58,135 nucleotides of DNA, from NCBI RefSeq assembly GCF_001194135.2, contig NC_068993.1:38456375-38514509 (forward strand). Direction: 5' to 3'. Shown here piece by piece: positions 1 through 12,869 of the stretch; positions within the stretch are counted from its first letter, which is position 1, and each line of letters opens with the position of its first letter. Under the pieces are notes generated by a model, which saw only the letters and a list, made by a program, of their open reading frames with translations, had not been told where the DNA came from and made no database searches. The position numbers and the translations under genes were made by a program. This DNA comes from Octopus bimaculoides. Taxonomy: Eukaryota.

Positions 1-47
<47 letters not shown>

Positions 48-100
48 AGGTAAATAGGTAGTTAGATAGATTGATAGGTAGATAGATGTATATACATATA

Positions 101-310
101 TCATCATCATCATGATTTAATCTCCAGGTTCCATGCTAGCATGTGTTGGATGATTTTGACAGGATCCAACAGGTCTGGGAGTTGAGACCTTTTGGATGCT
201 CCAGTATTTACTTTGGCTTGGTTTCTACACCTCGATGCCCTTCCTAAAGGCAAACACTTTACAGTGTGTACCAGGTGCTTCTTCTTTGTTTTTATGGTAC
301 CAGCACAAGT
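101..310 (-). mobile_element. Decayed 3' end of RTE-clade LINE with (GAT)n tail
   Basis: On + it reads (CAT)n-GATTTAATCTCCAGGTTCCATGCTAGCATG...GTTTCTACACCTCGATGCCCTTCCTAA. This is a diverged version of the tail at 24040-24625 and 51930-52300. Confidence 0.65.
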
Positions 311-3300
311 GGGGCCAACTTGCAAAGCTATGATCCTTTCTGAGTAAGGTTACAGTAGAGAGGGAAGCAGTTATATACTCAGAGATGAGGGGGTTTCATG
401 TATGACAAAAGGGCTCAGAACAGAACAGATGAGCTATGTGATCTCTACAATAATGTGACTCCTCACATTATTGAAGAGACGACGTGAGTGACAAAGGTGA
501 GGCTGGAAAGAAATAAAATAGGAGTGATGAGTTGTTAAGGTAGAGCTTCTAGGTATGAGGAAAGTAGAAGAGTGTGGGGACAAGAGAAGTGGGTGTGTAA
601 ATGGGTAGAACTTGTGAGAGAAGAATGGGAAAGGCAAAGATGGTTAGAGAAGAGGAATGGTTTTAGGGGTGGATATAATGAAGAACAAATTATGAGAGAT
701 GGTAAGAAGTGATGGTAGGGAAGAGTAGGTGACAACTGTAGAAATTGGGTAGTGTTGAGGGATAGATGTAGAAGTAAATGGTGGATATGGGGGTGAATGA
801 GTGACCTATGGTACATATGGGTTAGAGAAGATGTGGAAGGGCAGGAAATGACTGACAGTGTAGAAAAAGGCTGGGTCTGGGGGGAAGAGCAGCAGAAAAG
901 TAACACTGGTACAGTAGACATGGGAAAGAAGAGAGAGGATGAAAGAATGCATGTGCATTCATGAGAAATAGAGAGAGAAGGGGGAGATGAAGAAATATGG
1001 CATATGATTTAGGGAGATCAATGTAAAATGTGGGTGGAGAGGACAGTATAAAGAATGAAGGACAAACAACAGGTGAAAAGGCTCCAGTTTCTAAGAAGTG
1101 TAAGTGGTATCAAAGAAAAATTAGTGAAATAAGTGGTTCAGCTCACATTTAATTACAGCAGGAGAATACTGCAGTTAGAGAGATGATGGGCAGGAGAAAT
1201 ATGTTGAGAAGAGAATTGGGCTGTGGGCGAGCAATTGCACGATTATATACTCATTGTACATCCAAAATTGTGAGCTGGTCTTATGGAAAACCACATATTG
1301 TCAGTCATACCAGTTCTTTGTCATCTCCTCTGTGGGATTCAAGGTCTTGTGATCTGTCTTCACCATTTTACCGGTTATTTCTCAAAATACAATGTTTATA
1401 TACCAAAAAGATTTTCTAACATTTTTCTAACATTTTTCTAACATTTTTCTGACATAATTTAAATATATACTTTAACCATGTAACACAAGCCTTCTGTAGT
1501 TTTTTCACTCTTATTATCTTTTATACATCCAACCACGTGCTTTCACATACAAACTTTCTCACCTATATATATATATATATATATATATANNNNNNNNNNN
1601 NNNNNNNNNNNNNNNNNNNNNNNNNNNNNNNNNNNNNNNNNNNNNNNNNNNNNNNNNNNNNNNNNNNNNNNNNNNNNNNNNNNNNNNNNNNNNNNNNNNN
1701 NNNNNNNNNNNNNNNNNNNNNNNNNNNNNNNNNNNNNNNNNNNNNNNNNNNNNNNNNNNNNNNNNNNNNNNNNNNNNNNNNNNNNNNNNNNNNNNNNNNN
1801 NNNNNNNNNNNNNNNNNNNNNNNNNNNNNNNNNNNNNNNNNNNNNNNNNNNNNNNNNNNNNNNNNNNNATATATATATATATATATATACATACATACAC
1901 TCACACACATATGCACACATACAGTATATGTACACACATATGCACACACACATGCATACACACACACACACATATATATATACTCACATATACACACGTA
2001 CAGTATATGCACATGCATGCACACACACACACATATAGATATATATACACACACACATATATATATATATACATGCATAAATAGTACCTAATTCTGTTCC
2101 AGCTTCATTTAGTAGACTACAATGTTACAATCAATGTAGAACGACTTGTAATAAATTTATTGATAAACCATCTCAGACAAATCTGAACCATTCAAATAAG
2201 AAACACTTCAATACATGATACTGAACACTCAAACCAGTAGCATTGATAGAAAGGAAGAGAAAGCAACTGAATGGAATAAACCAAAGAAGAATCCTGCAAG
2301 TAGACCAAACAATAGAACGGTAATTCATTACTTCAGTCCTGGAACGGTCCATCATAGTTAAGAATAATGGTGATTTGGTGGTGGTTGTTCTGTATTTTGT
2401 GAGTTTAATGTGAAATTGCTGATGTCTGTTGGTATGCGTATTGATAATTATGCCACATGCATGTACTAATTAGAACCAGAATCAAGACTCATTATCCATG
2501 TGGCAGATTATCACTTGGCACCCGATGAACTCTGGTGTGAATGGAATTTGGGTTGAGATTTGAGACAGAACTGTTATCATTTATAGTTATTGCCAACAAA
2601 TTGGTGAAATGCTTTGGTGGGGAAACAGATCAATTCCATTGATCTTATATTTATTAACAGATCAATTAGATTGATCTGGTATGAAGTTTAAATGGATTAA
2701 TTTGGTGTATATGTCTTCAAACCGCACTGAGTTTTATTTCTTTCATGGTAAAAAAAAAAGGTAAAAAAAGAGATATATGTGTGTGTGTATATATGTGTGT
2801 ATATATATANNNNNNNNNNNNNNNNNNNNNNNNNNNNNNNNNNNNNNNNNNNNNNNNNNNNNNNNNNNNNNNNNNNNNNNNNNNNNNNNNNNNNNNNNNN
2901 NNNNNNNNNNNNNNNNNNNNNNNNNNNNNNNNNNNNNNNNNNNNNNNNNNNNNNNNNNNNNNNNNNNNNNNNNNNNNNNNNNNNNNNNNNNNNNNNNNNN
3001 NNNNNNNNNNNNNNNNNNNNNNNNNNNNNNNNNNNNNNNNNNNNNNNNNNNNNNNNNNNNNNNNNNNNNNNNNNNNNNNNNNNNNNNNNNNNNNNNNNNN
3101 NNNNNNNNNNNNNNNNNNNNNNNNNNNNNNNNNNNNNNNNNNNNNNNNNNNNNNNNNNNNNNNNNNNNNNNNNNNNNNNNNNNNNNNNNNNNNNNNNNNN
3201 NNNNNNNNNNNNNNNNNNNNNNNNNNNNNNNNNNNNNNNNNNNNNNNNNNNNNNNNNNNNNNNNNNNNNNNNNNNNNNNNNNNNNNNNNNNNNNNNNNNN

Positions 3301-3534
3301 NNNNNNNNNNNNNNNNNNNNNNNNNNNNNNNNNNNNNNNNNNNNNNNNNNNNNNNNNNNNNNNNNNNNNNNNNNNNNNNNNNNNNNNNNNNNNNNNNNNN
3401 NNNNNNNNNNNNNNNNNNNNNNNNNNNNNNNNNNNNNNNNNNNNNNNNNNNNNNNNNNNNNNNNNNNNNNNNNNNNNNTATATATATATATATATATTTA
3501 GCTGGGGAAAATGAGTAGTACCTGTATTTCAAAT

Positions 3535-3700
3535 AGCCAGCATTGTTAAACTCTGTGTCACTCTTAATCTCTCTGAGAACTACATTAAAAGTACACAAGT
3601 CTGTGGAGTGCTCAGCCACATGTACGTTAATTTTATGAGCAGACTGTTCTATTGATTGGATCAACTGAACCCTCATTGTCGTAACCGACAGGCAGGATGT
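3535..3700 (+). mobile_element. 3' half of a tRNA-derived SINE (family D, same as 30291-30670)
   Basis: GAGAACTACATTAAAAGTACACAAGTCTGTGGAGTGCTCAGCCAC...GATTGGATCAACTGAACCCTCATTGTCGTAACCGAC aligns by eye with 30540-30660. Confidence 0.75.
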
Positions 3701-4300
3701 ACATGTCAAGGTAATACCACATGTCTCCTTAACTGTCACTGTAACATGAAGTAGAGGTAACATCAAAAGGCCCAAATGGTTTGCCAGACATGTGAAAGTA
3801 TGTGGGAGCAACAAACATTTCCTTCAGGATAAGATTCAATAACCATGAATCCTTCTTGGAGAGTTGAAATGCCACAATCCTGGCCAGTCATGAATGCTTG
3901 TCAAAGGAAACTGCTAGAGACTGCAGCATAAAGAAGAAAAATCTTAGAAGAGTGAAAGGCTTATTTTGATAGCAGCAGAAAGTGCAGGTTATGTTTAGCT
4001 GAGAAAAGAACCCTATTAAAAAAAATATACTGAACGATACATATACATACATATATATGTATATGTATATATGTATGCTATAGATTTTCTTGTTATATGA
4101 CGGAAGGTTTCACAATTTCTTGCTCAGTAACTGCACAGATGATTTGCTTATAGTGCTTTACTGTTTGTGTTTACATAGGCTCGCTCTGTTCATCAAATCG
4201 ACATTGCCTGCACAGGTAGATAAGTGTGCCACATGTCATATGTCAAAATGATTAAAGAGCAATGTGAAACGAAGCGTTTTGCTCCTACCCACTACGCCAA

Positions 4301-4344
<44 letters not shown>

Positions 4345-6527
4345 TGTCATGCAAATNNNNNNNNNNNNNNNNNNNNNNNNNNNNNNNNNNNNNNNNNNNN
4401 NNNNNNNNNNNNNNNNNNNNNNNNNNNNNNNNNNNNNNNNNNNNNNNNNNNNNNNNNNNNNNNNNNNNNNNNNNNNNNNNNNNNNNNNNNNNNNNNNNNN
4501 NNNNNNNNNNNNNNNNNNNNNNNNNNNNNNNNNNNNNNNNNNNNNNNNNNNNNNNNNNNNNNNNNNNNNNNNNNNNNNNNNNNNNNNNNNNNNNNNNNNN
4601 NNNNNNNNNNNNNNNNNNNNNNNNNNNNNNNNNNNNNNNNNNNNNNNNNNNNNNNNNNNNNNNNNNNNNNNNNNNNNNNNNNNNNNNNNNNNNNNNNNNN
4701 NNNNNNNNNNNNNNNNNNNNNNNNNNNNNNNNNNNNNNNNNNNNNNNNNNNNNNNNNNNNNNNNNNNNNNNNNNNNNNNNNNNNNNNNNNNNNNNNNNNN
4801 NNNNNNNNNNNNNNNNNNNNNNNNNNNNNNNNNNNNNNNNNNNNNNNNNNNNNNNNNNNNNNNNNNNNNNNNNNNNNNNNNNNNNNNNNNNNNNNNNNNN
4901 NNNNNNNNNNNNNNNNNNNNNNNNNNNNNNNNNNNNNNNNNNNNNNNNNNNNNNNNNNNNNNNNNNNNNNNNNNNNNNNNNNNNNNNNNNNNNNNNNNNN
5001 NNNNNNNNNNNNNNNNNNNNNNNNNNNNNNNNNNNNNNNNNNNNNNNNNNNNNNNNNNNNNNNNNNNNNNNNNNNNNNNNNNNNNNNNATATATACACTC
5101 ACACATATAAATATTTATATATATATACACACACACAGTACACATACATGTGCATTCATGTCTGATTGGATGGATTCATGTACACACTCATTGTCATCAT
5201 CATTATCATTGTCAGCATCTCCAGAAATATAAACTTGTTATTGATATAATAAAATCTATTGCTATATTCATCTAACACTACTCTGGCTGCTTACACAACA
5301 AATCTGTTTGTTTGTCTCTATCCATACCATATGTTTGCATATTTATATCTGTCAATCTTTTGTTCATCTATCTATCTATCTATCTATCTATCTAACTGTC
5401 TGTTTGTTTGTTTGTCTGTCTATCTATCTATCTATCTATCTATCTATCAATTTATCAACCTAACTATCTATCTACTTGTCTGTCTGTCTATCTGTTTATC
5501 TATTTGTGTATTGATCTATCTAGCTAGCTATTTATATATATGAATTGTCTCCCTCTCTCTATTGTTATCCATCCATTTATCCTTCAATCCATCCATCCAT
5601 CCAGTTGCCTGTGTGTCTTTTTCTCCTGTCTGTTTGTGTGTCTCTTTCTGTCTGTCTGTTTGTGTGTCGGTCTCTCTGTTTTTCTGTTTGTCTGTCTGTC
5701 TATCTGTCTGTCTTTACAACAGACCAGAACAGTCAGTCCAGCCCATCTCTCTTTTTGTCTGTCAACCTGTCAGCTCGTCAGCCTGTCAGCCTGTCGGTTG
5801 GTATGTCTGTCCCACTAACCATCAGATTCTCTGTCTGCTTGCCTGTCCGCCTGCCTGCCTGCCTCCCACCGACCAGCAAGCCAGTAAGCAAACCAGCTTG
5901 CCATATCTATCCCAGTATGTCTATGTGCGATAAACTGATAAACACAAGAGATCGAGTGCAGTGGAGAGCAAGCAGCGGAGTGCAGCGGAGTGATGCAAAA
6001 CACTGCAGCTGAAAAAGAGCGGTACTGGAGCAGTTCAGAGATGCGGGTGCATAAAGAACACAAATAACAACAACAACAACATCATCATCATCATCATCAT
6101 CAACAACAAACAAAACATGAAAAAATACTCCAAGAAAGCAAAGATGCGTGAAAAGAGTTAATCACTCACTGGACCCAACTTCGGTAGCGCCACTATCCAG
6201 CTGACGGGAGGAATATAGAATCCAGCAAGTTTAAGCTTCGTCTTTTAGTGTGAAGTAGGATTCCTTGTTTATTCCGATCTTGGTCAAGTGGTGGAGGGAG
6301 TGGGTAGGGGGTAGTGCCATGTTAGATGACACCGCTCTGATCTTTATATGCTTTCCTTACCGTTTTGTTGCTGTTGTTGTTGTTGTTGTTGTTGGTATGT
6401 TGCTTTTATTGTTACTGTTGTTGTTTGTCGTTGTTCTCGTTATTGTTGTTGCGATTATTTTTATTGTTATTGATCGTTGTTGTTTTGTGATTATTGTTGT
6501 TGTTGCTACTCATATTGTTGATGTTGA

Positions 6528-6561
<34 letters not shown>

Positions 6562-7067
6562 TATATCATCATTATTGTTGTTGTTGGTGGTGGTGGTGAT
6601 GGTGGTGTTGTTGTTATTCTTTTTATTGTTGCAGTTGTTGTTGTTGTTATCGATCGTCATTGTTTCGTGACTATGGTAGTTGTTGTTGATGATGCACTGA
6701 TTCTTGCAGCTGTTGTTGTTGTTGTTGTTGTTGTTGTTATGGTGGTGGTGGTGGTATTAATGGATTTTGTGGGAGCATGTGCATGTTTAAGTGTAGTTCT
6801 ATGTGTGTGCATATGTTTGTGTGTATGTGTGCATGTGTGTTTTTATGTATTTGTGCATGTGTATGTGTGTGTGTGTGTGAGTGTAAATATTTTGGTTTGT
6901 TTTTCTGTATTGTCCAAAATGTGGTTTAAAATTCTTTACTGACCACTACAGAAACCTTTTTTACTCCCATTCGGTCTGTCCATTTGACCATCTGTCTGTT
7001 TCTCTCTCTCTTTCATTCACTCTTTCTCTTTTTTTCCCATATATATGTATGTACATATACATACATA

Positions 7068-7119
<52 letters not shown>

Positions 7120-7498
7120 TATGTGTNNNNNNNNNNNNNNNNNNNNNNNNNNNNNNNNNNNNNNNNNNNNNNNNNNNNNNNNNNNNNNNNNNNNNNNNNN
7201 NNNNNNNNNNNNNNNNNNNNNNNNNNNNNNNNNNNNNNNNNNNNNNNNNNNNNNNNNNNNNNNNNNNNNNNNNNNNNNNNNNNNNNNNNNNNNNNNNNNN
7301 NNNATATATGTATATGTATTTGTATATATATATGTATTTTATATGTATGCTCGACTGTATATTTTTATGTCTACATTTGCACACATGTGCATATATATGT
7401 GTGTGTGTGTGCAAATGCGCATATATATGTGTGTGTGTGTGAATGTATAGATATGTGTGTGTATACATATATATTACATATATTTATGTATATATGTA

Positions 7499-7551
<53 letters not shown>

Positions 7552-7930
7552 TCACACATACACACACACACTTTACTCTTACTCCCACCCAACCCCCTTA
7601 CTATCTGCACCCCTTTCTGTTTCTCATACCTTGTCTCTCACTCTCACTATGTTTCTCCTTTTCTCCATCAATCTGTTGCTCTCTCTCCCTCTCTCTGTCT
7701 CTCTCTCCCTCTCTCCGTCTCTCTCTCCCTCTCTCCGTCTCTCTCTCCCTCTCTCTCTCTCTTTATTTCAACTTTCTCTCTTCACCCTCTTGTCACTCTC
7801 TCTCTCTCTTCATCTTATGATCACCCTGTCTCTCTCACACACTCTTTTCTTATCTTCTATCAACCTATCTAATTCATTCTCTCACCCCATTTGTTTGTGT
7901 TCAACTTTTCCATCCTCTCACCACAACTTT

Positions 7931-7972
<42 letters not shown>

Positions 7973-7992
7973 ATCTAACACTCACTCACTCA

Positions 7993-8024
<32 letters not shown>

Positions 8025-10566
8025 NNNNNNNNNNNNNNNNNNNNNNNNNNNNNNNNNNNNNNNNNNNNNNNNNNNNNNNNNNNNNNNNNNNNNNNNNNNN
8101 NNNNNNNNNNNNNNNNNNNNNNNNNNNNNNNNNNNNNNNNNNNNNNNNNNNNNNNNNNNNNNNNNNNNNNNNNNNNNNNNNNNNNNNNNNNNNNNNNNNN
8201 NNNNNNNNNNNNNNNNNNNNNNNNNNNNNNNNNNNNNNNNNNNNNNNNNNNNNNNNNNNNNNNNNNNNNNNNNNNNNNNNNNNNNNNNNNNNNNNNNNNN
8301 NNNNNNNNNNNNNNNNNNNNNNNNNNNNNNNNNNNNNNNNNNNNNNNNNNNNNNNNNNNNNNNNNNNNNNNNNNNNNNNNNNNNNNNNNNNNNNNNNNNN
8401 NNNNNNNNNNNNNNNNNNNNNNNNNNNNNNNNNNNNNNNNNNNNNNNNNNNNNNNNNNNNNNNNNNNNNNNNNNNNNNNNNNNNNNNNNNNNNNNNNNNN
8501 NNNNNNNNNNNNNNNNNNNNNNNNNNNNNNNNNNNNNNNNNNNNNNNNNNNNNNNNNNNNNNNNNNNNNNNNNNNNNNNNNNNNNNNNNNNNNNNNNNNN
8601 NNNNNNNNNNNNNNNNNNNNNNNNNNNNNNNNNNNNNNNNNNNNNNNNNNNNNNNNNNNNNNNNNNNNNNNNNNNNNNNNNNNNNNNNNNNNNNNNNNNN
8701 NNNNNNNNNNNNNNNNNNNNNNNNNNNNNNNNNNNNNNNNNNNNNNNNNNNNNNNNNNNNNNNNNNNNNNNNNNNNNNNNNNNNNNNNNNNNNNNNNNNN
8801 NNNNNNNNNNNNNNNNNNNNNNNNNNNNNNNNNNTATATATATATATATAAATACATATATATACACATACCTCATACCTATATATGTTCTATACATACA
8901 TGCATGTGCATACACATATAAGCTATATATGTAACTGTGTGTGTGTGTGCAGTTAAGTGTTACTATTTGCACACATATGCATTTTGCCACAACAGAAATC
9001 ACTGACAGCTGTGTTATCTCTATGCAATGCACATCAGAACATCCATTGTTTACTGCACGTCTGTTTTTACATGTATGTATTTATATGCATTTTCATATGC
9101 ATCTATGTGCATCAGTTTATGAGTTGACACTTATTTCTCATAGCTTTTTGCAGATAGCAGCCTCACTCGTTTGCATTGCATAGATGCATGTCCAGCAGGC
9201 TGGTCAGCATTCAGGCAACAATAACAGCACCAGCAGCAACACATGCAGCAGAAGCAGCAGCACCAGAAGCACCGGCAGAAGAATGCCATAGATTTTTCAC
9301 TTGCTGTCCACACCACTTGCATATCCTGGAGGCTTTTATGCACATGCAGTGCAAAATCTCTGTGTCAACAAAAGACACATGATCGTTGTCAATTTTCGAA
9401 ATTTCTCCTACCTCCTTCTTCCTATCCTCATCTCTTTCTGTCCACCACCACTACTATGACAACAATGACGATGATGATGATGACAATTATGACAACGACA
9501 GCGATGACGATGACAACTTCCACCACCACTGCTGCTGCCGCCACCACTATCACAACGGTGATGACGATGAGAACAGCGACGACGACGACGACGACCACCA
9601 CCACCACCACCACCACCATCACCATTCTGTTCATCTGACTCTGTCATTCTATAAATCTCTCTCTCTCTCTTTCTCTCACTCTTACAATCCATCTCATCTC
9701 TTAAGTGAGTAACTCTCTCTGCCTCTCTCCTTCTCTTAACTTTCCTCCCTTCTCTCTCTTTCTCTTTGTGTCCTTTTCTCTCTGTGTCCTTTTCTCTCTG
9801 TCTGTTAGTCTCTCCTTCTCACATTTTTCCGTCTTCTCACTTTCTGTCTGTCTGTCTGTCTGCCACTGCCTTTGTCTGTCTGTCTGCCTCAGTCTTTGTC
9901 TGTCTGTCTGTTTGTCTATCTGTCCGTCTGTCAGTCTTTCTTTGTCTCTCTATGTCTTTTCTCTCTCTGCATCAATCTCTCTTTTTCTCATCTTTTCCTC
10001 TTCTGTCTGTCTGTCTTTCTGCTTCTCTCTCTCTCTCTCTCTTTCTCTTCCTCTGATTCTCTCTGTCTTTTTGTCTCTCTCTCTCTTTCCATTTCCTCTC
10101 TCTCTATTCTCTTTGCCCCCCCCCTCTCCCTCTATCTGTCATTCTCCGATTTCTATTTCTCTCCTTATCCATTTACAACATCATCAAATCAATGATGGAG
10201 TCTCTATGCAATATTTAGACCTGCTAGAATTAGCAGCTAACACTGTCTCAAATCTCACCCTACAGTCTTGTAAGATGAAGGACACATTGTATAAAATTGA
10301 TCTACGAACTTTGACCATTGAACACTTTTATCTGCTCAATCTACATTGTTGTTTTGCCCCTGGGTTGACAGGCACTAAATAACAATAAAAACAACAATAA
10401 CAGAAACAGCTGTCATCACCATCTTTGCTATTGCTCCCAGCCAGTCTAACAATTTGCAATTCTCTCTCAAACGCCACACTTTGCTTCTTCCCTCACTTTC
10501 TCTCATTCTGTCTGTCTGTCTGTCTCTCTCTCTGTCTCTTTCTCTGTCTGTCTCTCTCATTCTCTC

Positions 10567-10607
<41 letters not shown>

Positions 10608-10915
10608 NNNNNNNNNNNNNNNNNNNNNNNNNNNNNNNNNNNNNNNNNNNNNNNNNNNNNNNNNNNNNNNNNNNNNNNNNNNNNNNNNNNNNNNNNNNNN
10701 NNNNNNNNNNNNNNNNNNNNNNNNNNNNNNNNNNNNNNNNNNNNNNNNNNNNNNNNNNNNNNNNNNNNNNNNNNNNNNNNNNNNNNNNNNNNNNNNNNNN
10801 NNNNNNNNNNNNNNNNNNNNNNNNNNNNNNNNNNNNNNNNNNNNNNNNNNNNNNNNNNNNNNNNNNNNNNNNNNNNNNNNNNNNNNNNNNNNNNNNNNNN
10901 NNNNNNNNNNNNNNN

Positions 10916-10953
<38 letters not shown>

Positions 10954-10960
10954 GCACATA

Positions 10961-11480
10961 CAGAATGCGGTGAATAAACTGTTGTCTAAATTACGCAAAA
11001 GTAAATATAACACTGACATCTAATTTTAACAGATATATTTACCAAAATTACATAAAAATATCTTGAAATACTAAAGAGTAAATTTATTCAATAAAATCTC
11101 CATCGGCTTCAACCATGGCATCCAGACAACTTTGGAATCTCCTACAACTCTTCTGGATAGCCTGCTTGATTAAGTTGGTGAATGCTGCCATAATCTTTGC
11201 CTTCAGTTCATCTTTGGTGTCACAAGGAGTTTTGTTGGCATGTCGCTCAACTGTACCTCTCACATAGTAACCGAGGAGGTTATGATCTGGAGAGTTAAGT
11301 GGCCAGATTTTAGGGGTCATGTGGTTGCAGATATTTTCTGACAGCTATGACTGGGTTCTCCTGCTTGTGTGGCATGGTGCAGAGTTTTGTTGCTGGACAG
11401 GGTCTTCCAACAGCCACCCTCTTGACCCAGGGCATTTTCTCCGGGCACTTGATGTAGGTCTCCTTGCTGAGTCTGAGGCC
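10961..11480 (-). mobile_element. Tc1/mariner DD37D (maT-type) transposase remnant, C-terminal part plus probable right TIR
   Basis: The minus strand reads QQQNSAPCHTSRRTQS*LSENICNHMTPKIWPLNSPDHNLLGYYVRGTVERHANKTP...RFQSCLDAMVEADGDFIE*. Exactly 37 residues separate the two catalytic positions, and both are mutated (D>N, D>G). The probable end is TA|CAGAATGCGGTGAATAAAC at 10959-10979, next to a (TA)n run. Confidence 0.8.
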
Positions 11481-11489
11481 ATGTGAGAA

Positions 11490-11912
11490 GATGAGGTGGT
11501 GAAGCAAGACCTTCAAACATTGGGCCTTACCAAGGCAATGACAAGTGACCAGGACCTTTGGAGATATGCTGTGTTTGAGAAGACCTGGCAAGCCAAGTGA
11601 AATCATAACCCATGGCTGATGCCAGTGGGTGTAACCAGACCATTTATGAATACCCTTCGTTCATTGGACAATAAACCTTGCTTGTGAAGACCTATTGAGG
11701 CAAGTGAAATCAAAATCAAAATTGCTGATGTGGCCGACGACAGTACAGCTTGATTGGCCCTCATACCAGTGGAACGTTAAAAGCACATCCAAACGTGGGG
11801 TGTAACCAGCCCACTTATGAGTACCCCTCATTCATTGGACAATGAACTTTGCTTGCGAAGACCTCTTGAGGCAAGTGTAAACAAATCAAAATCGCTGACG
11901 TGGCCGATGACA
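11490..11912 (+). mobile_element. RTE-clade LINE C-terminus and 3' UTR (5'-truncated)
   Basis: 11490-11600 translates to DEVVKQDLQTLGLTKAMTSDQDLWRYAVFEKTWQAK*, a typical RTE ORF end. The downstream UTR matches the reverse complement of 24480-24625. Confidence 0.85.
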
Positions 11913-12383
11913 CACACTCACACACACACACACACACAACACCTACATTGTTCACTGATGGCCATGTCTCTGCATTTACAATCACAGGCCTGGGCAAGAT
12001 GTTTTGAGGAACATTGACATTTGTCCTTCCATGCAAACCATCCCTCATTAATGTTTATCGAAGAGAAAGGCAACTGGCTTAGGCTGATACAGCTGAGTAC
12101 CAGTTTCATTACAGACATCACTATCAGAATATGAAGAATTCGATCTGATTCCACAAGACTCCAATTTTGGCAATTCAGATCAGATTCCATCAGATTCCAA
12201 TTCTAACAGTTGTGGTAATCTATTGACTTGATTTTCTACGTTTTTTTATTTACCCGAAAGGGATGAAAAGCAAAGTTGACTTTGGTAGGACTTGAACTCA
12301 GAATGTAGTGAGTTCGAGTCATGCAAGGTGTCTTATCCAACACTCTAGCCATTGCTAACTTACCATCTTATGAACACCTAAAT

Positions 12384-12832
12384 GAATTGCTAGTGATGTA
12401 GAACTGGATTCTGTTGTATGACACTTTGTCAAAGATGTGTGTGTTTGCATGTGTGTATATGTGTATGTGTGTATGTAAACATATGTTTATGGTATTGTGG
12501 AGTGATTGTTTGGGAATTGCTGGTGTTGTAGAATTGTATTCTGTTGTATGACACTTTGTCAAAGATGTGTGTGTTTGCATGTATGTGTATGTGTGTGTGT
12601 AAACATATGTTTATGGTATTGTGGAGTGGTTGTTTGGGAATTGCTAGTGTTGTAGAACTGGATTTTGTTGTATGACACTTTGTCAAAAATGTGTGTGTGT
12701 GTGTGTGTGTGTTTGCATGTGTGTATATGTGTATGTGTGTGTGTAAACATATGTTTATGGTATTGTGGAGTGATTGTTTGGGAATTGCTAGTGTTGTAGA
12801 ACTGGATTTTGTTGTATGACACTTTGTCAAAA

Positions 12833-12840
<8 letters not shown>
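12384..12840. repeat. Minisatellite, about 3.4 units of 124-144 bp
   Basis: GAATTGCT(A/G)GTG...TATGACACTTTGTCAAA starts at 12384, 12514, 12638 and 12782. Length variation comes from an internal (TG)n-like segment. Confidence 0.9.

Positions 12841-12869
<29 letters not shown>

Noticed and set aside
1290-1400. Minus-strand VKTDHKTL resembling the Gypsy RNase H TDHKPL motif
   Set aside because: It is a single short motif with no surrounding similarity.
1412-1452. 11-bp tandem repeat (CATTTTTCTAA) x3-4
   Set aside because: Ordinary slippage product with no further structure.
10190-10382. Possible exon QYLDLLELAANTVSNLTLQSCKMKDTLYKIDLR... after a pyrimidine tract
   Set aside because: No recognisable domain and no clear donor. 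The pyrimidine tract is a CT microsatellite.
1537-11023. Long ORFs of 150-365 aa containing X runs
   Set aside because: They stay open only because they cross N gaps and (TA)n/(CT)n repeats.
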